Assembly: GCA_000934665.2 (NCBI GenBank)
Contig: JYFJ02001210.1
Location: 1-64,000, forward strand
DNA: 64,000 nt
Reading direction: 5' to 3'
From: Catajapyx aquilonaris
Taxonomy: Eukaryota
Positions 23,501-38,500 of the stretch are shown piece by piece; the stretch's first letter is position 1, and each line of letters starts with the position of its first letter. The translations under genes and the position numbers were made by a program. The notes below the pieces were generated by a model. That model saw only the letters and a program-made list of their open reading frames with translations. It was not told the DNA's origin and did no database searches.

Positions 23501-26500
23501 CAGAAAACAAAACTGACCCGGAAATTATATCTCAGGAAGAGTAGGCTACATAGTGCCCTATTTTTACTTACAACTTGCGTTCACTTCACTTTCCACGTTG
23601 ACTTAGTACCGGTTTGCTCTCCATTTTTTTAAATGCAGCGTGCAGTGCTTGTCCGTGGAGGAATGTTATATTTCATATCAAATTATTAATTACTCGGTCA
23701 TCCCCAAGAAAATCGGCGCCTAGAAATTAATTGCTAGGCTACAGTTACCCGTACTGTAAGCCATGGAGTATTAATACACTTAAATGGAGAGATGTGTGCG
23801 CATTAGACGTTTTTGTTTAATTTGGCCAATAACGGTTGATAACACAAAGGGCAGTAATTAGACTAATATTACACTCTTCCTTCCCCCGGCGACGGGAGTT
23901 GAAAAAAAGTAGTAGGCTACACTAGTAATAATAACCGCCGCACACCAGAGGGGAACACAAATAATAAAAATGAGCCCGTTACAATGTCAGAATGCTCCTA
24001 ATGAAGCAGTGGTGTTGGAAGAAATTGTGTACGTATAATTGCTGCAGAAGGATTGAATCTAAACATTAATTTGCTATAAACATTGCGCTACGCCGGTGTG
24101 AGTATAACATGGTGCTGGACCGCCCTGTGCGAGTGCATTACCCCAATTACCATAGTGAAGCGGTGGGATGGTTGACCAAACGGTATTCATGCAGTTTAAA
24201 TAAACCTTGGGCAGCATGGCATCAGAGGACATGGACCTCTGCTGCCTCCAGCAGGTGAACGCTGGCAGCCGGAGTGAGTGAACCTTTTCGCCCCTAGGCT
24301 GCCTGCAAATTGCAATGCCAACCCAACGAACCGGTGCCAACGTTCCTCCAGCATCCCAAAGACGTGGGTGTGCAGGACACACTCGCATACACACACGCGC
24401 TTGTGCAAAAAAAAACAACGAAGAAGAAGAGAAGCTCGTGCAAGGTTAAGTACCCGAGTCCCGAGTCCCTTCACCTTTCCCGTTTGGGCTAAAATTGTCT
24501 TGAGAGTGGAGGAGGAGGACAGGCCAAAAGCAGAAGCAGGATTGAAGTGTGGCACTATTTTAATAAGGTCATGGGTTACTGATAAGTCCCGTCTGAAGGC
24601 TTGATTGTCCCCAATACACTCACTTTTCCTTTTCTTAACCTCCTTTTCCCAAAGCAGACAAGGTCGGATGCGACACTGGCATATACTATACTATAAACTG
24701 GAATATGCAATGGGGCTTTACATTTTGAAGGCGGTGACTTTTAGTATTTGCTATTTGATAAGGACATTGATTTTCGAATATTTGGCTAACTGCAGCGTTG
24801 CCGTTTCGAATATCCACATATGCAGTGGAGGACACCAGCAGACAAAACTGACGACACTATATAAGCAGGGTTACTAAACTACCGCCGCTATTTTCTTTTA
24901 TATTGCATTGATATTTGACAGATCTTACACTTGCACTTTACCCTGCCGATTACAATTTCAGATAATTGCTGTTTAGGCATTCTGTCCACATAATCAAAAA
25001 TTAATATCGATAGTCAGATGCATTGTTGGGCGCATAAATATATATTTTATTTTAGTTCATTACATGAACTGATATCTTTATAAACATTTTGTTTGTGACG
25101 TACCAGAACGGCATATGCTGAAGTGTTTTGTATCAAGATGGGTGGAATTTCCTGTTCTGTGTAGTACAAAAATAACTGAAATCAACCTAAAAGCAGCAGA
25201 GGTGTAAACAAAAAGCAAGCAGTTTGAAAATTAAAGCCAGCCCATAGAAAAATTATGAAATCAATCAGTTCACGGCGATCGTACAGTATAGTTTACCAAA
25301 GTACCGCACTATATTTCATTTGCGTATACGTTACCTAACTTTATCATATGAATTTATTGACTGACATTGCACATTTTCACTCTTTCTTACCTATATGATG
25401 GCACAGGATGGGAAAGTGAAGCAACAAATTATGATGCCACATTATTATTAGTGTCTCAAATAGAGATGCTATACGCGGTGTAAAACAGTTCTCCCGGACT
25501 TTCGGTATTCAGAACAAAATTCTGTATCGGTCTTTCAGCTATACTAGGGCTCATGACATACTTTAGAAAAGGATGACAACTTTCATTTTTGTCCATTAGT
25601 GATGTTAGTAACACAATGTCCCCTGTGAATATTGTTACTCTTATTGCCGTGAGAGTTGGCAAAGTGGAGTGAAGCTATTATGTGCTCTTATTGTGTAAGA
25701 TGGATTGTGAACTTGGAAAAGTATTCATGTCCGGCAATTTCTTTTGAGCAAATACGAGGTCATTATATGATGCTTATTCTCTGCGTAACAATTGTTAAAT
25801 TACTATTATGCCTGCTTGTTGTGGTTTTGATTATATTACACACAATGATTGAAGTCCTTCATGCTGTTGCGAATAAAATCCGGCCCTTTTGTTGCGTACT
25901 GTAACTGGAGGAAGAAGCTTCATTATATCAGTTTACACACATGGTAGACACAAGTTCTGCAACCATCCTAATAAAGTAAGCAAAAATATATTAATGTTTC
26001 GTATTCCATGCCATTCACCTCTGGGATATTTTTCTCCTAATCATTGCGGGATCACTTTCTGCAATTTAATTTTGAACTCCAAAACAGGTTTCATAAGCAG
26101 AGGTCATACAGTATACGTATGTGCAAAGCAGCAAACAGTTCATACAGTGACAGCTAAAACTTAATAAAAAAGAACTGACGTCATGGGACCCCCTAATATG
26201 CGTTCCAAACACCTCAATTACAGTGCCAGGCTGGTTATCCATAGAGAACGAATCAGAAAATAGATCATGATAATGACTCTTTCATCTATACTAGACTATA
26301 GATACTTTATGCTACAAAAATTATTACTACTGAAGTAGGCTGCACAGAAAGTAATTTCTGACTTTTTTTTGCCCTTGCGAGTGGAAAGCAGGTTGGGAAT
26401 TAAGAAGGAGAGTTCTTTAGATCAGATTTTGCTGAGAGGATAGTGAGAAATTGATCGTATTTTCAAGATTACAGCCACGTACCTTAAGCGGTGGAATGGG

Positions 26501-29500
26501 AGCAAAAGTAAGTTCGGACATTTTGAGGTCTGGGCAGACCTTGAGGAAAAGCAAAGAAGTGAATCGAGCATTCCCCAAACCACCTTCGTCTCGGAGAAAG
26601 TGGGGACCAGAATGGGAAAGAAAATTCTGCTATGTGTGGAGACACCATTTTTTCCCCCCGAGCCCGCCAGATTTATTCAACACTGCGGAGATCGCTTGAA
26701 AATGGTGGAAATTCATGAGACCTGGCTTGACAAGGAGCATCATAACTTCTCCAATGTCCATTCATAACAGTCTCCCTCATATGGCACGTTAGGAAGTGCG
26801 CCATGAACATTATTAGGGCAAAATTAGTCTCTATACTGCTCACCCTGTATGTATTGTAAACTAGTCTTGTCCGTCAAAGCTCAATTTCGACTGTGATTTA
26901 ATTTGGATTATATTACACGAAATTAAAGCATTTGCCGTCGTACACTACGTAATTAAGCCTCAATTTCAGATATCATGTAGATAATTTTGGTTTTAGAATA
27001 GCTCAATAGATCGATGTACCTGAAGCAAATTTGGAATTATTTACCACGCTAGAGGCAGGTCTCAATGTGCCAAGTTATGTTAGAATAAGTTAAATGTCCA
27101 GCACAATCTATCTTATGAAATTCATGGTAACCACTGTTTCGGCTCACTTACGTGCGAAAAGTGATAAAGTCAGTACTGTGAGGAACAGACCTTCAATTTT
27201 TCATAACTGACTACACATGCATTTTTCCAACATTTTGCAGGATTATTATCAATCTTCATTGTCAGAAGGAAAATTTCCATTATATTAGTGTTGTAATTCA
27301 TTACGTCATGTTTAGAACCGGCATGTTAGTACCTCTGCATTTCAGTAAATGCAAAGGAAGTAATGAGTAAAAGACATGGGAAAGAACCCAAGGGAGATCG
27401 GCTGCATTGCATCATACAATAGGTTGATTTTTAATTGCTTAACGATATGTTATTGCACGTTTCTCGATCCATATACTTCACTTAACCAGGTCCATATTTT
27501 TACAATGTTCTTCGGCCGATATCAATTAATTTAATGGAGTTTCGCAACTGATTAATGGATTCCGGAGAAAAAAATACTGCATTGGAATACTGCGAATATT
27601 CATTTCAGAGTCGACTAGAAATCGGAAAAAGTAGGGTCTCGATCTCATGCGAATTGGAGCAGGACTGTAGGGTAAAAATATATACTCGGTTTCATGAACT
27701 ACATTCTCGGGACCTAAAAAAAAAGAGGTGCATTCAATTTCATCACATCAACCAGTTAGTGTTCGTACAGTATTTTTTTTTCCTCCCTTCCTCCCCTCCC
27801 CCTTTCCCAGCGAACTGGCTTCTCATCTTTCCCATGATTCCTTCAAGAACTGTCAGCAATTCGGTATCGATGACGCCGACATTTCCACTGATCGATTGAG
27901 CAGGTCGCAGGCACAATAGGCCACCTTATAAGCCCCCAGGGAATAGACTGGAGCTATTTATTTTCCTGTCCTGACTCAATACACCGTGACCCCCTCTACT
28001 CCCCACCCTCTCTCCCCTTCAAAAGATATGAAGACCGGACTGCATGTGAAAGTAACTCCGATGCATAATTATTCAAGTTCGTGTCTGGTCAAGGTGAGGC
28101 CGTGACCGTTCGAGCTGAATTTAATTTGTAATGCACGTTGGGAAAGTTAGTGACCGAGTACATTCCCCTCCCGAGCCAAGTGTTTGGCGGCGAATCCTTC
28201 CAACTGGTGAGGAGTTCCGTTTAGTTGAAAAAAGGTAGAAGCCCCAAAAAAGTTCTTTTCATAAAAACCGGCTTTGAAAGTTGCGCCATCTCAATGCCCT
28301 TTCCCCCTCAGCATGATAGCCAATATATTGCGGGTGATGCACCGCGACGTGATCATCCGGACATTTAAAGATAGACCAGGAATGCTGTTCGAGGTTGCTC
28401 CTTCAAGGACACATGGTTAGTAGTGCTAGTGGCATAACCGCAAGGATGTACGAGTGCAGAGCTGAAACACATATTTTGGTATTGTTGACCAGAGTTCAGT
28501 AATTAGCATAATTTTACATTGAAGCTAAAAACATATTTAAATCAAGCTACAAAAACCGGGAATAATTGACTAACTTAACAAAGAGCCCTAGAGAGACTAT
28601 TTTCACTTTTTCAAATGCAGAAAAAGCGAAGGACTCTCAGAATATTTCCGACGGTTGGGCTGGAACACCCTGTATAGAAAATAACCGCGACTTAACCCAA
28701 CCTTGTGACATCATGACGTTAGGCGCGGATTCAATTTCGTGGAAAGGCTCTCTCTGTCCTCGGAAAATCTTTGGGTTTTTTTTTCTTCTTCTTCTTCTTT
28801 CCTCCACCCCTATTTCGTTCTTCTCTCAATTTTTTCTGGCTCTCTCGATCCCCCCTTTCCATTCCATATATACTATATACACGGTACAGACGAAGTGGTA
28901 GGAGGCAGATCCCTTTAAGCCGGCGGAGGATCCAACACTGGTCTCCTGAACCAGAAGCTGAAACATTGTAATCTGGGTCCCTCAATCTCCGCCCACTGCA
29001 CATGATGAAACTGCAGTTGTGACGAGCCGAAATAGGCGATTCCAGTCGTGCTTCTGCCGCATCGCATCGGGGGTATAGCCTACTACTATACTATAGGTGG
29101 GTCGAATGGATAGAGAGAGAGGTTAGAGGAGGGGAGGGAGGGAGAGGAGAAGCGTTTTCTCGCATCCCGCGGCCATTTTATCATTTGATTTACGGCCAGA
29201 CGAATGGGATTTATAAGATAGGAACCCTCTTCCTCTAACTTATTGGGGAACGGTTATTGAGTATTAAGAAGGTAAGGAGGAAGTCATGAAGGCCCCCCAG
29301 TGCTTTCTAACACAATCATCCACTGTTTCCCAACTGCATTGGGTGGAGTCTTCATGAGCATATACCGTATGGTCGCTGTTTTTCGCCCAATTACAAACTC
29401 TTGGGCATATTCGTAACCTTCAAATTGACAGCATTTGATACCAGAAGTTTGCCCCATGCAGCATGAATTCTGAGGCAAATCTCCATAAAATGCATCTGTT

Positions 29501-32500
29501 TGCGAGGCTTTAGTATATTGTGAGTTTTCACCTTACAAAAAACGACATGAAATGCGCTCGCCTTTGCTGTTGTTTAGCACCCCTGGGCGAGCGAGGTCTT
29601 GTGTTCGTGTATATGAGGAAAACCGAGCAGCGTCTATCGCCAGCATTTGTCGGATTATGCCAGTGAGCCATGCTGCGGGCTAATTCTGTGCACCTTTTAC
29701 CCGGCCCCCCCAATCTTCATTATCCCGCTTCCCTTGCATTGTCGTTTTCATGCGGCAATGAATGCAAACATGACAGCCTGTAACTCAATACGAGTATGGG
29801 GAACGGCGTATGCACATAATTCCGTAATGGCCGCCGCACCACCAAACTGCTGCTGGGCCTAGCTGCAGCTAAAATGCTACCTGGGCAACAAAAAAAAGAA
29901 GTTACAAACAGAATTTGTTCAGCCCCAAAGATATTGTAAATATGTGGTAATACGCAGTGAATCTCGTTTCAAGACTTTCCGAGTTCTTTTCGTGCTTTGG
30001 TTTGGTAAATCTGTGAAGAAAAAACAAACTTAAATACTGAATAGTAATGATGCACAAATTGCACCTCTTACATTAATATTTTCATATCCCAACAATCCTG
30101 CCAGGATTTAAAATGCTACGTCAGAAATGGACCATTATAGTGTAGCTGATTTATTAAATTACAAATAAAGGTTCAGCATTATGATGTGTATGTATGAGAA
30201 TAACCCATACCGAGAAAAAATTCATTAACGCACCGGTAATGCAGTTTTGATTGCATGGTACTATTCCACCTGTGTATTAATGGTGAAAGTGCACTGCGGG
30301 GTTGGAAAATATTGATCATGCACTAGTTTGCGCATAGTTTCCAGCACGTATACATTTCAATAACGCGCTTTTCAAACGTCACCTTGGGACAACCTTCAAC
30401 AGCAGGCACTTGGCATTTTTCTCGCTTAGCTCAGCTCATTCCCCCGACGGTATGTTCGAGGCTACATACTGATCCAAGGACAGTGTAGCCCGTGATAATT
30501 CGGAAAACCAAGGCTCGACATCTCCTTACAACAATTCCGAGGCCATTTTTGGTAATGGGTGTGAAACAGAAATAGGTTGGTGAAGCCCCCAGGAAATATT
30601 GTGTTAGCATGCTGCATCACTTCTCTCGCATCTTCAGCCCCAGCACACCTTGACCTCGTATTCTATGTCCCGTTATAAACTGTTGTATGCACGCAGGTTT
30701 TCCTTTTTTCCATCCGGTGAAACTCGGACAAGGACGAATACCTGGCAGTTTAACAAGTCGTGTGATTTTAAGTGCACTTTAAGAACGGTTCGACGACCCT
30801 GGTTGCTGGCTCATGAGCCTCTTAGGTCAGGTCACGGCCAATCCCTGGGATGCAAAGTCGAGATCACGTCTGACAAATCCTCTTTCGCCGACAATCCCGC
30901 CGAGTTTTGCAGAGGTGGCAAATCCCATTTTTTTCCCCCTTTCCAAGCCGCCAAGAAGATTTCGCATCAGCAAAATGGTAGGGCGTATCAAAATATTTCA
31001 GCATGCAGGCATCTTGATGGTCATGGCTCGAATGTTGCACAAAAAATTGAATTAAAAGCGAGGGGTCTTTCTACAGTTTACCGCAAGCATAATTATTTAG
31101 AATTAACATCTGTACTAATCATTTGACACTGAATTCGCGGATTATGCAGCCTTCGGATATTATTGTAATATGTACACTGTCATCGTGACTGTAGAGTATT
31201 TAAGAATTATTCTTTGCATGCACGCATGTGGTTTTTGAGGTTCTTCTTGCTATTCCGAGTCGGACGAAAATGTCGTGATGTGATGATGACTAAACGCGAA
31301 CCACAACTACAAACGTGATGACAACTTTCCAACATGCTTCACGATTTTCAATTTATAAATAAAACGTGGGAAGCAAAAGAATACGTATTTACTCATTAAT
31401 TATTGTGCCTCGAGATAGCAGTCCATTTTCGTACATTGCACATCAGTCAAAATAATCTACAGTACCGGTACCAGTACATCGCACAAATTTTGTGCCATAA
31501 TTTTATGCCATTTATCTCAGCAATTATAATGTATAAGTTACAGTACTCGCCATATTCTCTCTCTATATATTTTTTGACTACACCAGCACTGCCTAAAAGT
31601 CGGGTACAAAAAACCTGCAGATGTAGCTAAGATCTGTGCTAAATAGCCCGACCTCCCTGCTTGTTCCGGATCATTTGATTCCATTCTGTCTCCGAGCAAG
31701 AGTCTGCCTCTGGAGAAGTCCAAGTCAAGTCGGAGGGGGTGACCCTTTCGCCTCCCCCCACCCCTTAGCCCCCCTTCCAACCAACCGCCCCTCCCTCCAA
31801 ATGCAGGTTAATTAAACATCGTCATAGGAACAAGACAAGGCAGTCGAATCGGCGCAATTACCAAGACCTTTGTCTCCGGTGTCTCGTGCATCTGCGAAGC
31901 TCCAAAACGAATCCGTCACTTTCACGCTGCTGACTTTACGTGGTAGCCTATACCTGAAACAACTACCTGCTGGAAGGGAAAGGAGTCGAGAGACACACAC
32001 AGAGAGAGAAAAGGAAGAAAGGGGGGTATCGCCATTGACTCCTACTGTACAAAGACCCGGAGGAGGGGGCTAAATCTCTTAGTAGAGAAGAGTGTCTGAG
32101 AAACGCTCGTCCTGCCTTAATTAAACTTCATTATCCTTGCTAATGAGTCAGAATAAGCATATATCACGGGATAGTCAAGGTGGATACTAGACGATAGGAT
32201 TTGGGTGTTTCTATTACCCCCCTTTTGCTTGCTTGCCCCCATGAAAATAAAACTTGCCTTTTGCGCAACTTGTACCATCATCGCCTTGCCGTTTACGACC
32301 GGGTTTTATGCGCCTGTTGGTCTTCGCGCTCTATTTTTTGGCTGTTAAATCTTGGGGGAAAAAACTTTGGAATTCTTTAGTGTACCGCCGTAAAAGAAAA
32401 GGCTATCCAGTATAGTTATCCGTTACCGATTGTTAACTGCATTTTTAACAGGCATATTTTTGTCATAAGGCGTGTCTTCCCATTGTTACGGGTAATTTAA

Positions 32501-35500
32501 TGTGCGCAAATTCAGTCATAGTTACTGCTATTAAATGGTAGGTGCTAAATGAGCAATTACCACCTATACTGTGATGAAAAGCTACTTTTAAACTCGATGA
32601 AAATTGCAGTTTTGTCATACGATCTATTGAAGAGTCCTTTAAAAAAGTATACCCATGCAGGTTTTATCTTTCCCTACAACATCAGCTGAACACATTGACA
32701 GCTACATGCAGTTTATCTGTTATGAGCGTGACGAACTCCCCGACAGGCGTGGTTGCTCCTAAGCGTTGCATTTAGTAAATAGGCTTTTAAGAGCGTCATA
32801 ATTTGCCGATGCAAAAAACACATGGGTGGTCTCACATCCTCCTTCACGGTTACTCCCTCTTCGCAACTTATTATCGGACATCCCAAACGGAAAATACGGC
32901 ATCCGCCCATGAAATAACGCACTATTTACATCTGTCACGTATGCTTCTGAAGGTTATTGTCTTGTCTCGTGGGAGGTCGGTTTCTGCATATTTTTTGCTG
33001 TACACAGATTTTAAAGCTAGCGTCTGCTCCCTTACGTTATGTCTCACTCCTACATTTTTTACTTGTTTTGGAGCAGGATCTTCTGCAAGTAAGAAGCGCC
33101 TTTCATGAGGAATGTACCAGCATCCGCGTCTGTATATATACACGAGGCATTATTTTAAAATCAGAATATAGCAGCAGTGGCTGGCGGGCAGGCAGTTTCG
33201 ATATTCGTGTCTGAGAGAGCGTGGGTATATGAAAATTCTAGGGTGGCAAAGACCGGAGCGAATGTTAATGCCAAAATGGAAGGCCTTTTGTGGAGCTGGG
33301 TGCGCTCAGCATGGAAGTTGGCTCCTGTGCTGGATGCTGCCGTCGGCGGTATAGGAAGGGGAGAGGGGTGGGAGGAAAAGGAACCCCCCCAGCAGCAGCA
33401 GTAGTAAGAGAGAGAACCGAGAGAGACGTGAATGCACAAAGGAGAAAGCAGCCAGCCGAGGGTGGAAAAACTGAGAATATTCTCTGGGCCCGCCCGCACT
33501 TATACCTTGCCTTCAGACCGGACAACTTTTCGAGGGGAAATACCTCTAGCCAGATTCTTCGGAATATTAATAAGCTTCCTTTTTGCGGATGCTGCTGTGG
33601 AAACTTTGCAGGAGGAAACGAGCCCAGCCAGATTATATGCACCATGGGGGCACATTTTGGGCCGCCCATGCAATTAACAAGCTCCGTCACTTGAAACATG
33701 TCGTTGCGTTCATGCCAGTACCCAAAGGAAAGACGCAATTCGTACACTTTTGGTGTTCTAGCCCCCCCCCCCCCCTTTGCACCTTCATACATGTCGCTTG
33801 TGGCAACATGCATTTTGCTTAGGGAATATTTTGTTGCATTAGACGTACAGGGTGGTGCGCTGTATACACGTTCATCATTATTCAGGAGGTGCACTACATT
33901 ATGTACAGTACACAATCAAGTGTAGAGATTAAGATCAAATTTATTGTCCACAGCTGTTGCCAATTGGCGGTATGTACTGTACATGTACGATTTTTCTTAA
34001 TTGTCATAGATTTTACCGTCAAATCATGGACCTTAATGTGAAATGGACAATTTCGTAAAAAGTCCGGAACTTTTAACTCTCGTCCTCTTCTTCCCTCCAC
34101 CGTATAGAGAAAAAAAAGTGTCTCGATGATCAAATAGACCTCCTGTGGATTTTCCAGCAGTTCACCTCAGATTGGTGCTGATCAACGTGGCAACGCTCTT
34201 CGTCATTTTGCTGACAATAGGCTTCGGTAGTCATTAAGGGGAGGAAAATTGCTTTCTGGCCTTTGAGCAAAGCCCACTCTGGTGGGGCCCGCAGAAGCCA
34301 AAGCCTCCCCCTGAGGAATCAGAACTCACACGCCAACCTTCCCTTTCCCCCCCCCCCCCATTCCATCCATACAGGGTATATACCCTCAAGCCCATCAGAT
34401 GAGTTAACTACAGGAAAAGGGTTCGGTGAATCAATTCCATTTGGGGAATAAATGGACTGATCCATTTGGATTTCAACTGGGGCGACATGACCCCATGTGT
34501 AATAAGTTAAGAGTATTATTTGGTTCCCAGGATTTATTGACCTTTTTTTTTAGATCGTACTTATAGTGCCCATTAATGCAAATGAGTGCCGTGAAACCCC
34601 TAAGAAGATGTTCAAGCTGTCAACAATAACGCGTTCAAGGAGCTAATCATTACTCATTAGGGAATAACCTTGCATCCAACAAGATATTGTTGCAGGTAAT
34701 CATACAGTTTGGGTGAGAAAAGGCTGCATGTTCTCAGAAAATAACAGTGTTTCACTTCAGCTCGGTTGCACCATTGAAAGCTTGGCCTCAACCCCGGGTT
34801 TGTCCTTGTTAGTAAAATTGTTTGGTTCATTGTTTCTCAACAATTAAGAATGGCAAACAGCGCGAAAACAATGGCAAGACTTTATCCCTTGTGGCTAGAC
34901 GGAGAAATTTCATATTGGCATCTTTCTTCCATTCTTTCTCTGCGTTGGTGATGTGTTGGCCCCGGACAGTAATGTTTAATGATAATGAATGTCTAATGAA
35001 ATTACCTTCCCACGTTATTGTGTACGGTATATCTAAACAAACCAAGATTATGGGTAGGATTAAACAGTGTCTATAAAGAATAATTATTTTAAAAAGTCAT
35101 ATAAAATCTGGTAAAGCTACACACATTGAATACCATCCAGCACAATGCCAGATTTTGAGTATCACAGAGTCCACTTTGTGTAACTATATTTTTTAAAAAA
35201 AGAGTTGGGACGAACACATGCTAAATACAATATTGGGGTCCCCTGCAAAAAAAGATGGCTCGACATAGCAGTGGATACTGATTAGTGTGGATTCCTCTCG
35301 CATGACCGATGCAGAAGGTTGCCGGGGAGACGGTTTCCATGGCGAGCATGAAGTGGATATTTGTACAAAGTTATTGAAATTGCTCATCTCCCAAAGAGAT
35401 GTGCGCCAAGTCGGTATAGCGACTGGGGTGGGTGGGAGGGGAAGGCTTATTATATAGACCGACCGGGGGGTGGAGGGGTGGGATTAGGATTAGCACGAAA

Positions 35501-38500
35501 CCCAAGCCGTGGGAAAGGGCGAGGGAAAGAGAAGGTTTCAGAATTAATTGCTGACTCCTCTCCTGCGAGATGGTTTTCGACGTTGGAGAAACTCCTGAGG
35601 TGATAGCCCGCTGATGGAGTCATACGATAGTCGCTTCGGAATAATAAGTCTTCGTTTATGTCGCATTAACTTGTCACCTTTGTTACAGATTGGCTTCCAA
35701 AAGAAAATTTATTCCGCAGATAAACTCTTAATGACAGCATGAATTTTGCCACTTTACGAACGTAAAAAAATGGGAATTAAAAAAAAGAGCACAATTCTAG
35801 GTTGCGGATAACTTCTTTGTTCCACCATGCACCCTTACACGGTTATAATCATGTTTTTCGCCGATTTGGTTTCATATCTCGCTGGGCCCTACCAGCACAT
35901 CTAATGTTCTGTGCAATATCGAATTACTAATTGACTATTTATAGCTACTGGATATATGCCCATTTATGGGATACATTCTAAGTTTGAATATCTGGATCAG
36001 CTTTTGCCGGATGGTTTGTAACTATGGGTATCAGTGGCTGTATTTTCACACAAAAAAAGTGTAGCAGTTAACTTTATTACTACCTTGGTGATGATAAAGA
36101 GAGCCACAACGCGATTAACTCAGGCGATGTCCAGTGTAATCAAACGGTGCGTCTATCTTTCTGGATGTTCGGTTAGCGATCTGAATGAGAGGGGCAAGAT
36201 GGAGAGCTTTGCGACGTTAACAGCAGCAACAGCTTCAAATCTGCGGCGTGCCAAAGTGTGTACAGGGGAGGCAGCCTTCGCTGGTAATATCCTAAGCGGC
36301 TTAGGAGATCCTAATCTCATGTTGCCCGGATTTGCACCGCTTTTCCTTGCCTGCTTCGCTTCAGCCAACACGGCCGACTAGTCTCCCTTTCATTCTAAAG
36401 GACTGCGGAAGAGTTGATGGGCTGTATATATACGTACAGGCTTCGTGTCGCTTGCGAGCAAGTGTCTGTTTTACATACGCCGCACTTGTCACTGGGATAA
36501 GACGTTTAGCGCCCAGAGGACAGGTCTGTCGTCTGCACTATTGACGACCTGTTTTGCTCAAAGGACTGCGATAGTGCTGAAAATGTGCACACGTTTAGTG
36601 AGAAATTTTGAGAGTGATCGATCGGATCAAGCAGAGCTGCGCTTCTCTTCTCTTTTTTTTATGGTAGTTTACTTAGGCGACATCATCATCACAAGGTGGA
36701 AAAAGCGTTAAAAGCCTTCCCCTGGTCGGAATTAATTTCGAGTCTTCGGCATCAGCGCCCTTTTAATACATTCACCAATGCAGGCATGCAGAGGGGTACT
36801 TAAATCACTGTGTTATACGGTACCAACTTTTGTAGCAAATGTATCGAACGCTCGCTGAATTCAACTATGGCCGCACAGTACATTTGCACTTAATTATGGT
36901 TAAACCAATGCTCAAAAATGAACGTGTTGCAATGAGGTTTTAGGTGACCTATTTTACCTACAATAAAGAAGTTCGTGTTATGAAAATTGATCTCAATAAA
37001 CCTAACTATATGATGCTACCTTATGGACACCATGTATTGTATCCTGAGAAAATCTGAGAAAAGCTTGGAAAGCACGGACACTGAACTGCCTGGGCTCTTT
37101 TCTATATAGAACTAGTTAATTCAGAGCAAAAATGTGACAATTATTTTCTTTTCTGCTCAAATATTCTACACCAATTGCATTGGAAATCCTGTTTGTGTCG
37201 TCCTTGAACTTTTTTCTTGTGAAAGTCTATAATTTAAAGTACAAGTATATGCAACTGGACAATCGTCCTTACAAATCGTCGCATGATCAGTAGAGGACAA
37301 TAATTGTTCAAGATTTACCAGTAATGACCATTCTTGACCATTACAGTCATGATAAAGAGTGAGTAAATATAGTGATCCACGTACTCCATGTGAAGGTGTG
37401 TTCCCTCAGTTTATCATGGTATGTCTAGCCATACCAGATTTTACTCTCTCAGTAACAGACTTACTGCCAATCAAACCGTAACTAATCCATTACCTGAGCC
37501 AGAATCGCAGTCAGTACCTGGCCTGTGTGCTTGTATACACCAACACCGCAATTATTACCTTTGTCGCTCTTTTTCCGGTCTGTGTTCCTCCTAACCCTGA
37601 CACGCACAAAAGCCAAACGCAACTCAGCTCCTTTCCTTTTGTCTCCACCTCCAAGTAATTACCACTAAAGATTGGCGCGGAAGAAATAGGAGAGAGCTCT
37701 TCTCTCTCTCTCCTTTTTGTCTGTCTCCTCTTTCTCTCTTTTTTTTCCTTTCTTGGTTGGTCTTCATTCTTCTCCTGTGCCCTTCCCCCTCCTTCCTTTT
37801 ACACCCCATCATCACCCCCTTCTCCAGTAGCACGCTCCGGAGCATTCTGTGACAGCCTCAGCTGCTGGCAAGGCGCTTTCCGAGACCCCGGAATTTTTGT
37901 CCGGGACACGCCTTTCTCCTTTTCCTCACCTACAAACCTTCCCAACATTTCGCTGACTTGGGTGTGTCAAGACAAGAGGCATGTTGGCAGAGATAACGCC
38001 GCATCAATGCTTCATCATTCCCGTCTTGACTTTTGAGAAGACCTGCTGGCAACCATTATAGGCCAGCAGGCCTTTTCTCTCGCTTTTGTCCGGCACGTAT
38101 AAGGCTTTAAAACTAGGGATTTTTTTGAGCTCCGATTTTCTAGGGAGACTCCAGAAACTGGAGTTTGGTTTCCTCAACCGTTGCACTTTTTGGGATTGCA
38201 TTCCAATTATCCTGGGAAAGAATAATCTCCGAAGAAGCGGGTCTGATCACATTCCACACCTTGGTGAAAGCAAGCGCAGCGTTTTTTATTACTTTATTTG
38301 TTCCGGGGGGTCCAGAAGGAGCGATTTTCAGGGTTCCCTTTTAAGAAACGGAACAATCGTAAAGATGGACTATTGTGACAAGAAGTTCCATGATTTTTTT
38401 TTATTCGGAGGGAGGAGGGGGAGAAAAAAGACCTCTTTTTTCTCGGCTCCTTTTGAGAAAGGTAATGACCTCGTTTTCATCTCCGGACGAAGAAGACCCT

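Noticed and set aside
28655..28676. Mariner-like terminal sequence GGAACACCCTGTATA
   Set aside because: No partner TIR found nearby, so an element cannot be delimited.
33265..33915. 216-aa - strand ORF and overlapping ORFs
   Set aside because: No recognisable motif, several equally uninformative overlapping frames, and it lies in the Knk-like intron 1; no support for a nested gene.
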